Shown here in pieces: positions 12,801-24,635 of a DNA stretch of 64,000 nucleotides. The notes under the pieces were generated by a model, which searched no databases, had not been told where the DNA came from, and saw only the letters and a list, made by a program, of their open reading frames with translations. The number at the start of each line of letters is the position of its first letter. The first letter of the stretch is position 1. The position numbers were made by a program, and so were the translations under genes. The stretch comes from Takakia lepidozioides (lineage: Eukaryota > Plantae > Bryophyta), in the NCBI GenBank assembly GCA_030704615.1, contig CM060733.1:70494001-70558000 (forward strand). The letters run 5' to 3'.

Positions 12801-14193
12801 TCCCGTCGTCAGAAGCACGAGCCGTGCTTCTGAACTCACGAGGAGAGCGTTATGGCGTCTGCGTTTTGCTGCTGCCCTGTTTGCGGCATCGTACCTTTGC
12901 TGGGCGATCTCCTGGGGATGCGCAATGGCGGCGTTTTGTTTTTCTTACAGGCGGGAGACAATGTTGTGAATGCATCGTCTCTTTCTCTCCTCTGGCCTTT
13001 AATTTTTGCAACGGCGCTTGTGTTGGGAAGTATCTCTCCCTCCCCTTCTTAAACCTAGCAAGTGTGCTTGTATGTTTCACTTCTCCTTTGCTTTGCTGGA
13101 AATGGCTTGCTGGTGGTGATGGCGCAGAGTTCTTTTCCCCAATCGCTCAAGGTGTTTTTGGTGATTAGGGTTCATTTTGTTTTATGTCTTCCTCTCTTGC
13201 TTTTGAGGTTCTTAGTTGACATCGATGACAAGTGTAGGGGTCTGTGATTCACCTGGGGTTCCACAAATCCTCACTAACATGTTGGTTTTTGTGGGGGCTT
13301 GTGATGGGACCAGGTGAGGATCCCTACTTGCTTTGAATTCTCTTAAGCTTTGCAGATACGGATGTGGGCAAATGGAACCTATTGTGTATGACATCTTGAC
13401 TTGGCTGCTACCTGCAGCCCCGATTTCGGCCCGCTTGCTCCTGGTTTGGCATGCTGATGCTTACTTTTGACTTATGTTTTGTTGCCTTTGATGGGGCATT
13501 TCGGCCTGGTAGGCCTATCTCTTGAAGCCCAACATCTGGACCTTACCTTGTCTTGAATCTTTGACAGCGGTGCCTGTGGATTTATTAAGCTAGGTACTGT
13601 TTTGGCCTTAAAGAGGAGTTGGGTTTTATGGGTAAGGCCTCAGTGGCTGTTAGGTTCTAAGGAAGATGAGCCCCTGATTTTTAAGATGGCAGCCTGATAA
13701 GGCACTGACAGACCTCTTTCAGGCCTGAATCTGGTGTGGAATGAAGCATAGTGAGGTTTATTTGCAAGCCCTGGCATAAGCCTCCTGGAAAACAGTGTTG
13801 GTAAGCTATATTGGATTTTTGCCAGAGATTATTAGCCTTGTCTTGCCATCAGACCAGTTACCTGCAATGTATGGTTTATTTTTTTGCCAAGTGGGCTTGG
13901 TCTCGGGCACTCAAGGTGTTTGTGTGTCCATGTCTTGAATCTGTAATATGGCAGGCCGTTCCTCCATGCTGCCAAGATGCCTTGCATGATGCATGTTTTG
14001 GGGCAATTATGAATGGTATAGAATGAGGTTGCAATCTGTCTTGTCATGCCCAAGAGGGTTACTTGGTTGCATGTTTGGAATCTGAAAAACTCCAGGCTGG
14101 TCCATCAAGATGCTTGTGTATACATGTCTTGAATCTGTAGTATGGCAGACTGTTCTTACCTACCCAAGGGGCCTTGCATGATGCATATCTTCA

Positions 14194-17100
14194 GGAAAAA
14201 ATCCATCAGTAGGATGAAAAAATAGGAAATAACATCCAAGGCAACGGTTTTACATCCTCACAGGTAATTCAACATCCCAAAAATGCCTCATCCGGTACGG
14301 ATGAAAAGCAATAAAAGCGGAATGAAAAAATTAATATCATGGCATTTTTCGTCCGGTATGGATGGGAAAATAGGATGCCAGTGGCAACCCCCATAGAGGT
14401 AATTCCTCAATCTCTGGTGACTCATCCGGTATGGATGAAAGTCAATAAAAGAGGAATGAAAAATCAGAGACTCATCTTAGAGGTATTCAGTGTCCACCTT
14501 GGTAGTTCATCCGGTATGGATGAAAAATTGTTATAGGACGGGTGAAAACACTGCCAGAGTCCATCCGATATGGATGAAAAAACATGAAATTAACACTGAT
14601 AAAACCAGCCAATTCCAAGGAGGGAGGGAGAGAGAGGGAGAGAGAGGGAAACAAAACAAAAAAAAGAAGAGGTGGGGGGGGGGTGACTGAGCAGCTGCCT
14701 CTCCCACTCTCTCCCACTCTCTCCCTCTCTTTTGTGTCTGTCCCTCTCTCTTTTTAACTTTTCTGCCCCCTCTTTCCCTCTCTTGTTTTTTTTTTTTTTT
14801 AGCAGCACAAAAAGAGAGGGAGAGAGAGGGAGAAATCAGGAAACAAAAAGAAAAAAAAAAAGGTGGGGGGGGGGGGGGTTGACTGAGCAGTTGCTGCTCA
14901 GTCACTTCCCCCCCCCAACCTTTAAAAAAAAAATTGTTTGTTGCCCCCTCTCGAGACCAGCAGCACTTGCTGCTCTCAGGACCCCACATGTTTTTTTTTT
15001 TTTTTTTTTTTTTTGATCTGGAATATAGAGGTTGTTTCCTGGTGAGGCCAACTTTTGGGTTTGCATGACAGGTGCCAGGCTTATGGGGAAAGAGAAGAAG
15101 TCCCCTGCCCCAAAGAAAGGGGTGGAGAACCCGTATGCTCTGCCGGCACGTGTGACGCAGGTTGGCATCTCACGGTTTATCAGCCCCGTCGACAGCCACA
15201 GCCGGAGGAGTCGTCCGCCCCCCGAGGCCAGTCCCCCCCCCCTCTTGTCCCCGTCTTGGATGCGCCAGGGGCCTCAGCTAGCTCTCCTATTCGGGAGGTT
15301 GTTGCTAAGCCGGATGCTCAGTTGACCACACCCCTAGCCACCAAGACGGGTGAAATGTACCTTGGCAAGCGCATCGCCCATTCGGGGGCCCGGTATGGGC
15401 AACTTTTGGATGTCACCCCTATAGCGACCCCTTCCTCCGCAACGAAGGCTGCACTTGCCAAGGCCCAAGGTCAGGTTCAAGGGCCTTTGGAAGTGGTCGT
15501 TCCTAGCCCATGAGGGAGGAGGAGATGAGGAGGGCCAATGAGGTGGCTGAGTTGAGGAAGCGCCTCAAATTAGTCAAGCTAAGTGAGGGCCTCGATCTTG
15601 TGGAGCATTTGGGGGGGGGGGGAGGAGGAGCTACGGGCCGGTGGAGAGCCTAGCCGGTCAGCGACGCCGCCCCCTCAGCCTGAGCGGTCAGCAAAGAAGG
15701 GCCTGGACTACGGGGCGCCGCCACCGGCTATGCTCCACATCTGGAATCTACTTCCAGTGGCGCTCCGAGAGGGGATAGCGCGGGCAGAGAGCTCCTATTC
15801 TGTTAGTTACCAACGCAATTCCATCATTGACGAAGGTCAACGAAGAAGAACATTTCAATCTGCCCAACAAACCTGCCCGAAAAATAAATAAATTTTAGAG
15901 TTTGAAATTGAATAAAAGATCACATTCCAAAAAGCGAAAAGTACCTTATACAAGGACAGAAGAGCTACCTTCGTTCAACTTAGGTCCAACAAATATATAT
16001 ATTTTTCACCAGCATCATTGAACATTTCCGTAGCATACGATAATCCAAGCTAGAGATTAAAACGGCTAAAAAACATGTAGAATTCTTCCACGTTCGTGCA
16101 GAATTCTTCCACGTTAGAAGTCCATATCTCATGTTGGTTTTTTTTTTTTTTTTCCCCCAACATCCATTTATTTCGTTTTTACCTTTATGTTCTCGCGCTC
16201 AGCCTCCACCTTCGGCAGCCAAAGGTGCATGTCAGTACAATGTTGGTTTTGTTTTAATTTTTAATTTTTTTCGACATCCATTTATTTCGTTTTTACCTTT
16301 ATGTTCTCCCGCTCAACCTCCACCTTCGGTAGCCAAAGGTGGCATGTCAGTACAATCCCGTGTCATTTTTCATTATTGTTTCTCACAAATCCAAGCATAC
16401 AATTACGGGCAGCCCGAGAAAAAAATATTATATTGCCATGTGGCCGCCGTTTGCGCATCCACGTCACACTGATGACTGATGGCTGATGGCTGATAGCTGA
16501 TAGAATAGCAAACCCCAGCGCGGGCACATCCGGCAACGGGGACTCCTGCCACATCGGGTGACACCGGGGGCGAGTCAGCCAAGCTTGCAAATGCTTTGCT
16601 CACAAGGGTTGAGTAGGCTGACCCTGGGACCTGCACGGACTACGACTAGTAATCCTCCTCCCCATCCTAGGAGGAGGACTCATAGCTATCCGATGAGCCT
16701 GATGACTCCGCGCCCTTTGCCGGAGCACCTAAAGTAGGCGGCGTTCCCCTAAGTCCCACATAGCTCTCATCCAATCCCTGGCCATGACCACCCCCCCCCC
16801 CCCCCTCATCCATACTAGTGCCCTGTAGTGCACTCATCCCCTCCGTGTTGGCCATTTTCTTCATGAGGGATTGCCAACCATGCTCCTTGGCGTAGTTATA
16901 CTCTACCAGAGATGACATCCTCTCAAACGCGCGTTGCTACACATGCCACAAATTAACGTCAGTTCCTCACAATGATGGAGCCAGAAAGAAGACATACCAA
17001 AATACATAGGGAAGTATGACTTACAAATCGCAAGATAAAACCCTTGGATCCGCCGGCACCCCACTTGTGTGTGGATTCGTGCTTGTCCAGGCGGGTTGTT

Positions 17101-18492
17101 GTTGCTTCGCATGCTTGCTCAAATTTGGCCTTCTTTGCCACATCATTCTCTCCCACAATGAGTGCATCCCACGATACCTATGCCCTCCCCACCCCCCCCA
17201 ACAATTAGTGAATTACACACATACGTTGCATCGAATCCACCTCATTAATGCACATGCAACAAATGGAAGGTGAAATGATTCAAGGATTTGCCAACCTATG
17301 TAATTCCATAAGGTGGTTTGGGTTGGGCCCTCTTTTCCATTGCCCTCCGAATGATCTCTCTGGCACGGTACCTCTTGTCCTTCAAGTTCCGCCCCACCAT
17401 CTCCATCACCCTTGTGTCACTCCAATTGCCTGGAAACCGGCGGTCTAACTCACGGGCATACGCCCGCTTCATGCCAAAGTGCTGATCAGCCCACTCAATT
17501 GCCAAGGGAACCACCGCGCTGCGAGTTCGAAGGCTGGCTTCTTCATAGCCTCCCAAAATGCACCGCAGGGGTCACCATGGCGATTGACCTCCACCGGTGG
17601 CACCACAATCTTTGCCAACTCCACGTCCTCTATCTCCAAGGAATTCTTCTTCTTCCCACCCTCTCCCTTCTTTGTAGCCTCTTTCCCCTGCTCCTTTGTT
17701 ACCCCACTGCCCCGCATGCACACTCACCCCTTCGTCTCCACGAGACTTCTTCTTCTTCTTCTTCTTTTCCTTCCCCTTCCCCGCTACTTCCTATCTCTCC
17801 TTCTCCCTCTCCCTTCTCTCTCTCTCCTCGGCAGCCCCTTCATTGATGGTAAAAGGGACCTCGGGAGGTCGAGGCCTCTTCTTCTTACCTTTGGTGTTCG
17901 GGTCCTTCATGAACACCACGTGCTCTCCCTCATTGGCAACCGCACCGGACTACGCCAATGAGGCCAAGAATGTTGCTGTCTCCTGAAGACGAATAAACCT
18001 CCCAAATTCAAAAAAAGAAACAAACAACAAAGAAAATCATGCATGCAAAGGAAAGGACAAAACATGGAACAAGGTGCGACAGTTGTACTTTTCCATCTTT
18101 CCATCTTTCATCTTATTCATGTGTCGCCCCTGCCTCACCCTTGACTCATGCTTGCTCAATTGTGTACCTGCTAAATCAGAGCAATGGAAGCTGTAAGGTC
18201 TCCCAACACCGCAAAACAAAACCAGGGAAAAAACAAAAATCACCCTCAATTCACCCCCAAAATCAACCCCCAACCCCCCCCCCCCCCCCCACCAGGCTGG
18301 GCTTGCGACGGCAGGGCGTCGGTATTGGCGGCGGGTTTTCTTGGTGGGGGTCGCAAGCAGCGACGGTCGGACGTCGCAAATACCAATGCAGGTAGCAACG
18401 CCCGACCCCCCCAGCGACGGGTTTTTTTAGTCCGGGGGTCGCTAGGAGCGACGCCGCGGCGTCGCGATCCCAACAGCTTGCCTGCGCCACGT

Positions 18493-18534
<42 letters not shown>

Positions 18535-18620
18535 TTATTTATTTATTTAAATAAATTTAATAAATAAATTAGAATTAAAATTAAAATATGGAAAGCGACG
18601 CCAGCGCGTCGCGGCTAGTA
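14194..18620. mobile_element. Putative CACTA (En/Spm)-like non-autonomous element with two convergent decayed ORFs
   Basis: Plus ORF remnant at 15082-15890. Minus remnant at ~16667-18000 resembles Ptta/En/Spm TnpA-type proteins (EVNRHGDPCG, VVPLAIEW, AKKAKFEQ...THKWGAGG). GCGACG/CGTCGC subterminal repeats at 18300-18612. The minus strand reads TACTAG from 18620 (CACTAG-like). Confidence 0.5.
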
Positions 18621-19503
18621 AGGCAAAGAATCTGTCACCTTCATAGTTCCCGAACCAGCAGGGGAGGCTGCTCTGCGAGTTATCTCCCCCAGTCAGTAAA
18701 TGCAGAACATATGACACTCCTTGCTTAATGTGATCCCATCCGTGTCTGATGGAACTCGCGGAAATGAGCGTGGACAGGATATTGGGATGCAGAAATTCGC
18801 CATTTTCCCAGATGTCGGCTACATGTGAAAGTCACAGCTTCTCTCAGGTCTCTCTACACAGTGTGAATATGAAGCATGTATCGTATTTATAACTATCAAG
18901 CGTTAGGCCGAAGCCCTGGTGTCTCTAAGTCTACTCTACAGTATCATCCCTACAACTTGCAAGTATCAAGCTCCCTCCGTCATCTCTCTCCTCTTTCGCA
19001 TACTCGCCGCCGTGTACTCCAAGTCCATGCGCCCAAGAAGTGATCCGGCTTCCGTAGCTAGTCCCTCCTTTCTACCCGCAAGGTGTTCTAACTGTCTAAC
19101 TAATGGTTACTACTCTAACCGTCGGTCACGTCAGCACGATCTGTACTGCTGCTCCCTATGTTGATGACCGCATTCCCATTCCCCTCCTGTGATAAGAGCA
19201 CCCTATGACCTATGTGAGGTTGTGTGGAGCTGTGACCGCTCACTAATGATGATCACAGCTGTCGTACCCCGTACCTGTGATTGCCTATGCTGCCATAGCC
19301 CGTGCGGACCTGTGTCTCTCTTGCCCTGAGGCCTGTGCAAGTCTGTGATTGCCGCACAGTAAGACCTATGTGGGCCTGTGTCTGCCACACCTTAAGGCCT
19401 GTGTGGGCCTGTGTTGACTCATGGCAGCAGAGCCATTTCTGCGCAAAATTAAGGGTACCCCACAGAACCGTAAATCGTCTAAGTCCCAGACAGTCCTGTA
19501 ACA
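18620..19503 (-). mobile_element. Solo or isolated LTR related to the Ty3/gypsy LTR ending at 41433
   Basis: 19443-19503 (GCAAAATTAAGGGTACCCCACAGAACCGTAAATCGTCTAAGTCCCAG...TAACA) matches 41370-41433, with a similar GCTGTG/CCTGTG-rich tract upstream. No PPT abuts 19503. Left end uncertain. Confidence 0.65.
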
Positions 19504-20739
19504 ATAGTGTACGAGAAGTCAGCACTGGCTCAAGAGTAATGAACCCACAATAGTATAGCAAATGTCGTAATTTTTATAGTCCATCTTGAAAGCCATCATA
19601 ACATGGTTTGAATGAGGCCTCATCTGCCACAGGCTGGTGTTTTAAACAACTCGGCCATATAAGGTAAGCCCAAAATCTATGTGACATAGGTAGCACAGAG
19701 GATGCAAGAAATTGCTCGTTTGATAATGTACAGGAGTTGGAGGGAAGGCAGTCCCTTACAGAGCAATTACACAAGTATTGGTCATACACGTGTTCATGAT
19801 GAGGTAATGATCTTCATTCAGCTGTCTTGCACACAATAGACAGTGTCACCTCATTTGCAGAATGTCAAAACGTATTGTTGCAATTTTTTATGAACTGTAC
19901 TCATAGTCTCAAAAAATATTCACCAGTGAATACTGGATTGATAGGTGAGTGCGCTGTGTCACAGACCGATCTGTAAAGTCAGAAGCCATGACGAAAACAA
20001 AAAGCAGAGCCAGGCATAAAGTGGACTCCACCAAACAATATACCTGTGAACCATATATGGTAAACGGGGTTCAATAGACTTGCTCATTTAAAATGACATA
20101 AAAGGAACCTTTGAAAGCAGTCACTGTTGAAACAGGTTGAAACAAAAATAAAACCAATGTTGCAAACAAAATATATCCTGGAGACTGCTACTTGTATTCG
20201 TGGTATGAGGAAACCAGTGAGGTTCAACAATACAAAGTATGTCACACAACTCATTGTCACATCATATGCCATCAGGTTGAAGGGAAATTCTTGTAGCCAA
20301 ATGAAAATACTACCATATTATAAAGGTCAATGTTCTTGGATTGTCACCTTTGAAAACTAGTAATGCTAAGTAAATAGAAGCTGCTGTCACTTGAAGGGTA
20401 CATGAGAAGTTTTTAGAAAGAAAACAACAGCCATTAAGTGAAGGAGGCCAACACGAAAGGCACTGCAGAGGCATGAGTAGTTGCATTATTGTATTGCACC
20501 ATATATAAGAGGACAATTCCCTGCAAAAACCATTCAAATACCCGGGGATGCAAGCACATAAGCTGGCAGCGGACTTTCCAGGGTTGCATTTGGTTTGAAT
20601 AACATTGGAGGTCACACCTGTCATCACTGTGCCTGCACATAGGAATGGAAACAGTGTCACTGACTGTGAACAGGAATCCAAAACACTGTATCACATGAAT
20701 GTTACACCGTTCAAGGCAGTACATGGACACCTTCAGCCT

Positions 20740-22520
20740 GTGTACAATCTCTTCTTGGCCATGTTATGTGTGGGCAAGGGTGGGTGTTTCCTGCTGTGCC
20801 CATTCGTCTCCAAAAAGTCTTTGAAGCGGACGAGAGACTTCCCCTTGCCATCATCGACAATAGTCATAACTGGTTCGTAGAGGGTATTGAACACCCTCCT
20901 CCCTCATGGCAGTCAAGTCAAGAATCTTGCCATTTGCAGCTCTGACCAAGACAAGGAGATGTTACTGGAGGTACTTACTAGACTCTGTCAGTTGGAGAAT
21001 GGTTTGCCATTCAGTGGAAATCAGGGCCTGCAGGTTGTGCAGGGGACTTTTCTGAGACAAATAAGGGGACCTGTGAATTGGGGGAGTTTGCGAAGACGAA
21101 GAGATGGAAGTCGGGGATTGAGAACCTCCCACCAAATTCTGAAGGCCACCTTTAGATGTGCCCATGAGAGTTCCACAAAACTTTGCAATCAACCCATTCT
21201 GGAGATGAGGGTGGATCATCTTCAAAACCTTCACTTGGTGTGCGCACAAATTGCCCTTCTGGGCCCAAGGGCAATCACAGGAAGCCCACTGTGATTTGGA
21301 TTTGTGGATTGTGAATGTCGTACCCAAATCACGCGGGCATTGAACTGTTGCGGGGCCACCGGGGATATGCGGGTAGTTGGACATTGGCATCTGGAATGTG
21401 CTTGGCAAGCAATATGGAACTGCACACAAACCCCTCTAGCCATTTGTTTCGGACAAATCCATATGCTTTCGCATGAGACATGTACCAGTAATGGGTTAGG
21501 ACATCACTAGTGAGTTCAGAGATGAGCCAGTCCACCCTCCTGCTAGTCAAGACACTTTTGGTGCACTTCAATTGCGTTTTAAGGTTCCCATGATAAGCTT
21601 TTATGGCAGCATTAGTATCTTGAGAGCATGGGGAATGTTTCTAGAACCTTTCATCCACATTTTGGCTTTCGGAAGCCACTCTGTGTCCATGTAGTCGTAG
21701 AATACAGTCTCGTCAAGGTACTTCTCCTGCAAGGAGATGATTTGGTATACTGCCCTCACCTGCATCCCCAGACGTGCATTTTCTGTCGACATGATCTTTG
21801 CAAGATCCTATAACACAGCGGCACAAACTTCTGCATCTCTGATCTTGGAGACCACATTCTTGCCAGGCTCGCCGAACATGCCACGAGCACAAGTAAATTG
21901 CACAATCCCCCCACACAGAGCTGTGTGTTGTGAGATTGAATGACTGTAACACATGTGTACACGTTCGACATATAAGAGCACCGGCAATGCCTCTGGCGGA
22001 GCTACCTGATAGCAGCGATTTCCGCATCTACGTCGTCGACAATGAAGGAAGGCAAGAGTGGTCACACCCGCCAAGGAACAAAAACCAAAGGTATCGAGGA
22101 CGTCCAAAACGAAATGTGGTGAAGGCATCAAGGGATGTGTATGTCGATTTGCAGTGAAGCAATGTTATTTGGACCCTGACATTGCAGAGGTCGTCTACTA
22201 CGTGAAGAGACACATTAATGGGGCTGGAGACATATGCCATAGGCCGGCATATAACAGATGGTGATTCACGGTCATTCTCGAATTGTGGCGTGCGATGCAA
22301 CATTCGGGACAAACGAGAAAAATGTGTGTTCCATGTTCAGGAACTATCTGCCCGAGTACATGAACACAACTCAGAACCCCCTCCTTCCTCTGTATTCCTA
22401 ATGTTTTCTGGTGCACGCTTGTGATTGTAGTATCCTTTGTACACCATGATGGTGTTTGATGAGTGGCTGAATGGTATTCCAGTCGCGTACATAATCACGG
22501 CCGGGTGCAAAGCCCAGTTT
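20740..22520. pseudogene. MULE-SWIM transposase (family C), split into oppositely oriented halves
   Basis: Plus strand 21985-22520: KGCVCRF...RH..ICH, IVACDATFGTNEK, YPLYTMMVFDEWLNGIPVAYII. Minus strand ~21930-20740: LCSWHVRRAW, TNAAIKAYHGNLK, RRVDWLI and SWIM CDCPWAQKGNLCAHQVKV. Confidence 0.85.
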
Positions 22521-23879
22521 ACGACCTTGGATGGAGCACTAAATCGAGATGAAAGCCTGCAAGGCCGATTGACGCTTTTTTTCAAGAGCAAGATGAACCT
22601 CCTCTATCCATGGGATTTTATAAGGTTCCTCATGGCATAAATAAGGTCCCAACACCAAAAGTATAAAAAATAGCTTTAACCAAAAATAGACTTTTCATAC
22701 AAATAACTTTAATTATAAATAGCCAAAGACTATTTTAATTAACCATGACTAAACACATGACAAGTTGATCGATGCAAATGATAAGATAAGGCCAAATGAA
22801 TATTCCAATTTTTTGGTTTGGCCATCCGTGTTAACCTAAAAAAAAAACAAACCATGTTTTGCATACAATGCCTATAATGTAAAACTCTGAAGTTGCAATT
22901 CACATCAAATAATTCATTCGAGGGGTTTATGGATATAATGGACGATTGTATCAATACAATTTTCAAGTGGCCTAAAAATTTGATTGGTGGAAGACAACAT
23001 CAACAAATTTTTATTAATGCACTCAATGTATAGATGGATCTTGAAAATCTAATTATCCCACATGATGTGAAAAATATATTTACTAATATTGAAGCCGTCA
23101 TGTTTCCCAATCACTACCAACAGAAGAAGAAACAGACTTGGATGATTTTATGCTACTTGAGGTGGTATTCATTGGAAGCGGAACAATGTACAACCATCTT
23201 CGAACGCCAAACAACTCATTGGGTGCAAGAGCACTACCTCCTTGACTCTCAATCATTGCGGGAACCCATACATTTCATTTCAAGTGTTCTTTCAAGAAGC
23301 CAAGGAAGCAATGACACACCCATACCATCCGTTTTTCTCCAGAATTTAAATATGCATTACGAAAAAGCGTAGACGAAATGAAAAGACTCGAAATGCTTTA
23401 AAGTTACATTGCAGAGTGTACGCGTGCAATTGGTCGAGCAATGTGTTGTTATGAACCTAAGCATCGCGCTACAACACACATCATTGTCCAACCACACCAG
23501 TGTAGCATATCATACTGCAAACACACACTCATGCCACAATGCCTATAGTGGAAAGTGGGAAGAAAAGAAGACAGAATATTCCAAAAAATGCAATGTATGC
23601 ACTCTTAACATGAAACCAAAACACATGAAGTTCTGAGGTTAATCCCCCGTTTAAATTGAAATGGATGATATTTGATTGCGTATCCTTCAGGAAACGCGTT
23701 CAAAAGTCTTAATGACAATGGGGAACATCCCCAGCCCTATGAAGAACTGCCATAATTTTTTTAGTGTATTTGGAAGCAGCTCAAGGACCTGCATGTCCTT
23801 TTGTACAAGCTGCCACAGGTGTTCCAGTTATAGAAAAGCTTATGTAGCGGACAAAATTTATGGCTTGTTCTTCATGCAT

Positions 23880-23991
23880 TGTAACGACCCCACCTAAGGC
23901 CTTTCCACGGTTTTCGGCTTGGTTTGAGGGCGGTAGCTGAGCAAGGCCTTAACTCATGGAAAAGCCAAAGGCCTTGGGTGGGGCCTTTACA
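23880..23991. repeat. 112-bp miniature inverted-repeat element (TGTAA...TTACA)
   Basis: Left 25 nt TGTAACGACCCCACCTAAGGCCTTT vs reverse complement of the right end TGTAAAGGCCCCACCCAAGGCCTTT (3 mismatches). No TSD evident. Confidence 0.6.
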
Positions 23992-23999
23992 CTACACAC

Positions 24000-24180
24000 T
24001 TATGCCCCATTCTCACAAACGTGACAAGTCCACTCCGTAGGATCCGTAGGAGGGGTTGTGATCCGCAGATTGGACATCACACAACTCCAATGGAACTCCA
24101 TTTCACACCAGTTACAGTACACAAAATCTGCCATGTCCACGTGCATACTACACACATTACAACGTACCCTCCATGCCACA
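24000..24180 (-). pseudogene. Isolated PHD-finger exon or fragment
   Basis: VRCNVCSMHVDMADFVYCNWCEMEFHWSCV...TEWTCHVC fits C4HC3 spacing with the conserved W before the last CxxC. Confidence 0.7.
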
Positions 24181-24635
24181 CTTTGGGAAGGGCCATGCTC
24201 CACTTCTTGTTTCCGTTGACCACCATGCTTTTTGGGTTGATCGTGAGTTTGATGCACGATACTGCCCTCCCTTCTGCACAATCCCCCCCCCCACCTCCCC
24301 CCACCCCCCCCCCAAAAAAAAAAAGTGAACATGTTGCCGAAGCAAGCGGGACTTATGGTGTCACTTGACCCCCAAAGGGCTCTTGCCTTCGGATGTGGGA
24401 AGGTGGACACCTTCACGACATCCAACATGTGGTTTGAACCCACATCCACTACCGAGGCGGCTTGTGCCCTTAGCCTGGGGGTAAATGTTGGTTGTCCACA
24501 ATCCCAAGATTAGCACAATTTGCCATCCATGGATAACTTGTTATGGACCTTCTTTTTCAACTTCCAACACCAATGCTAAAGATGACCTAAGTTGATCTAA
24601 CAAGGCATCAAACCAGGCAATGCAGAAGGTGCACA

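Noticed and set aside
22640-23870. AT-rich coding-like remnants (possible helicase or transposase debris)
   Set aside because: No motif I could identify with confidence.
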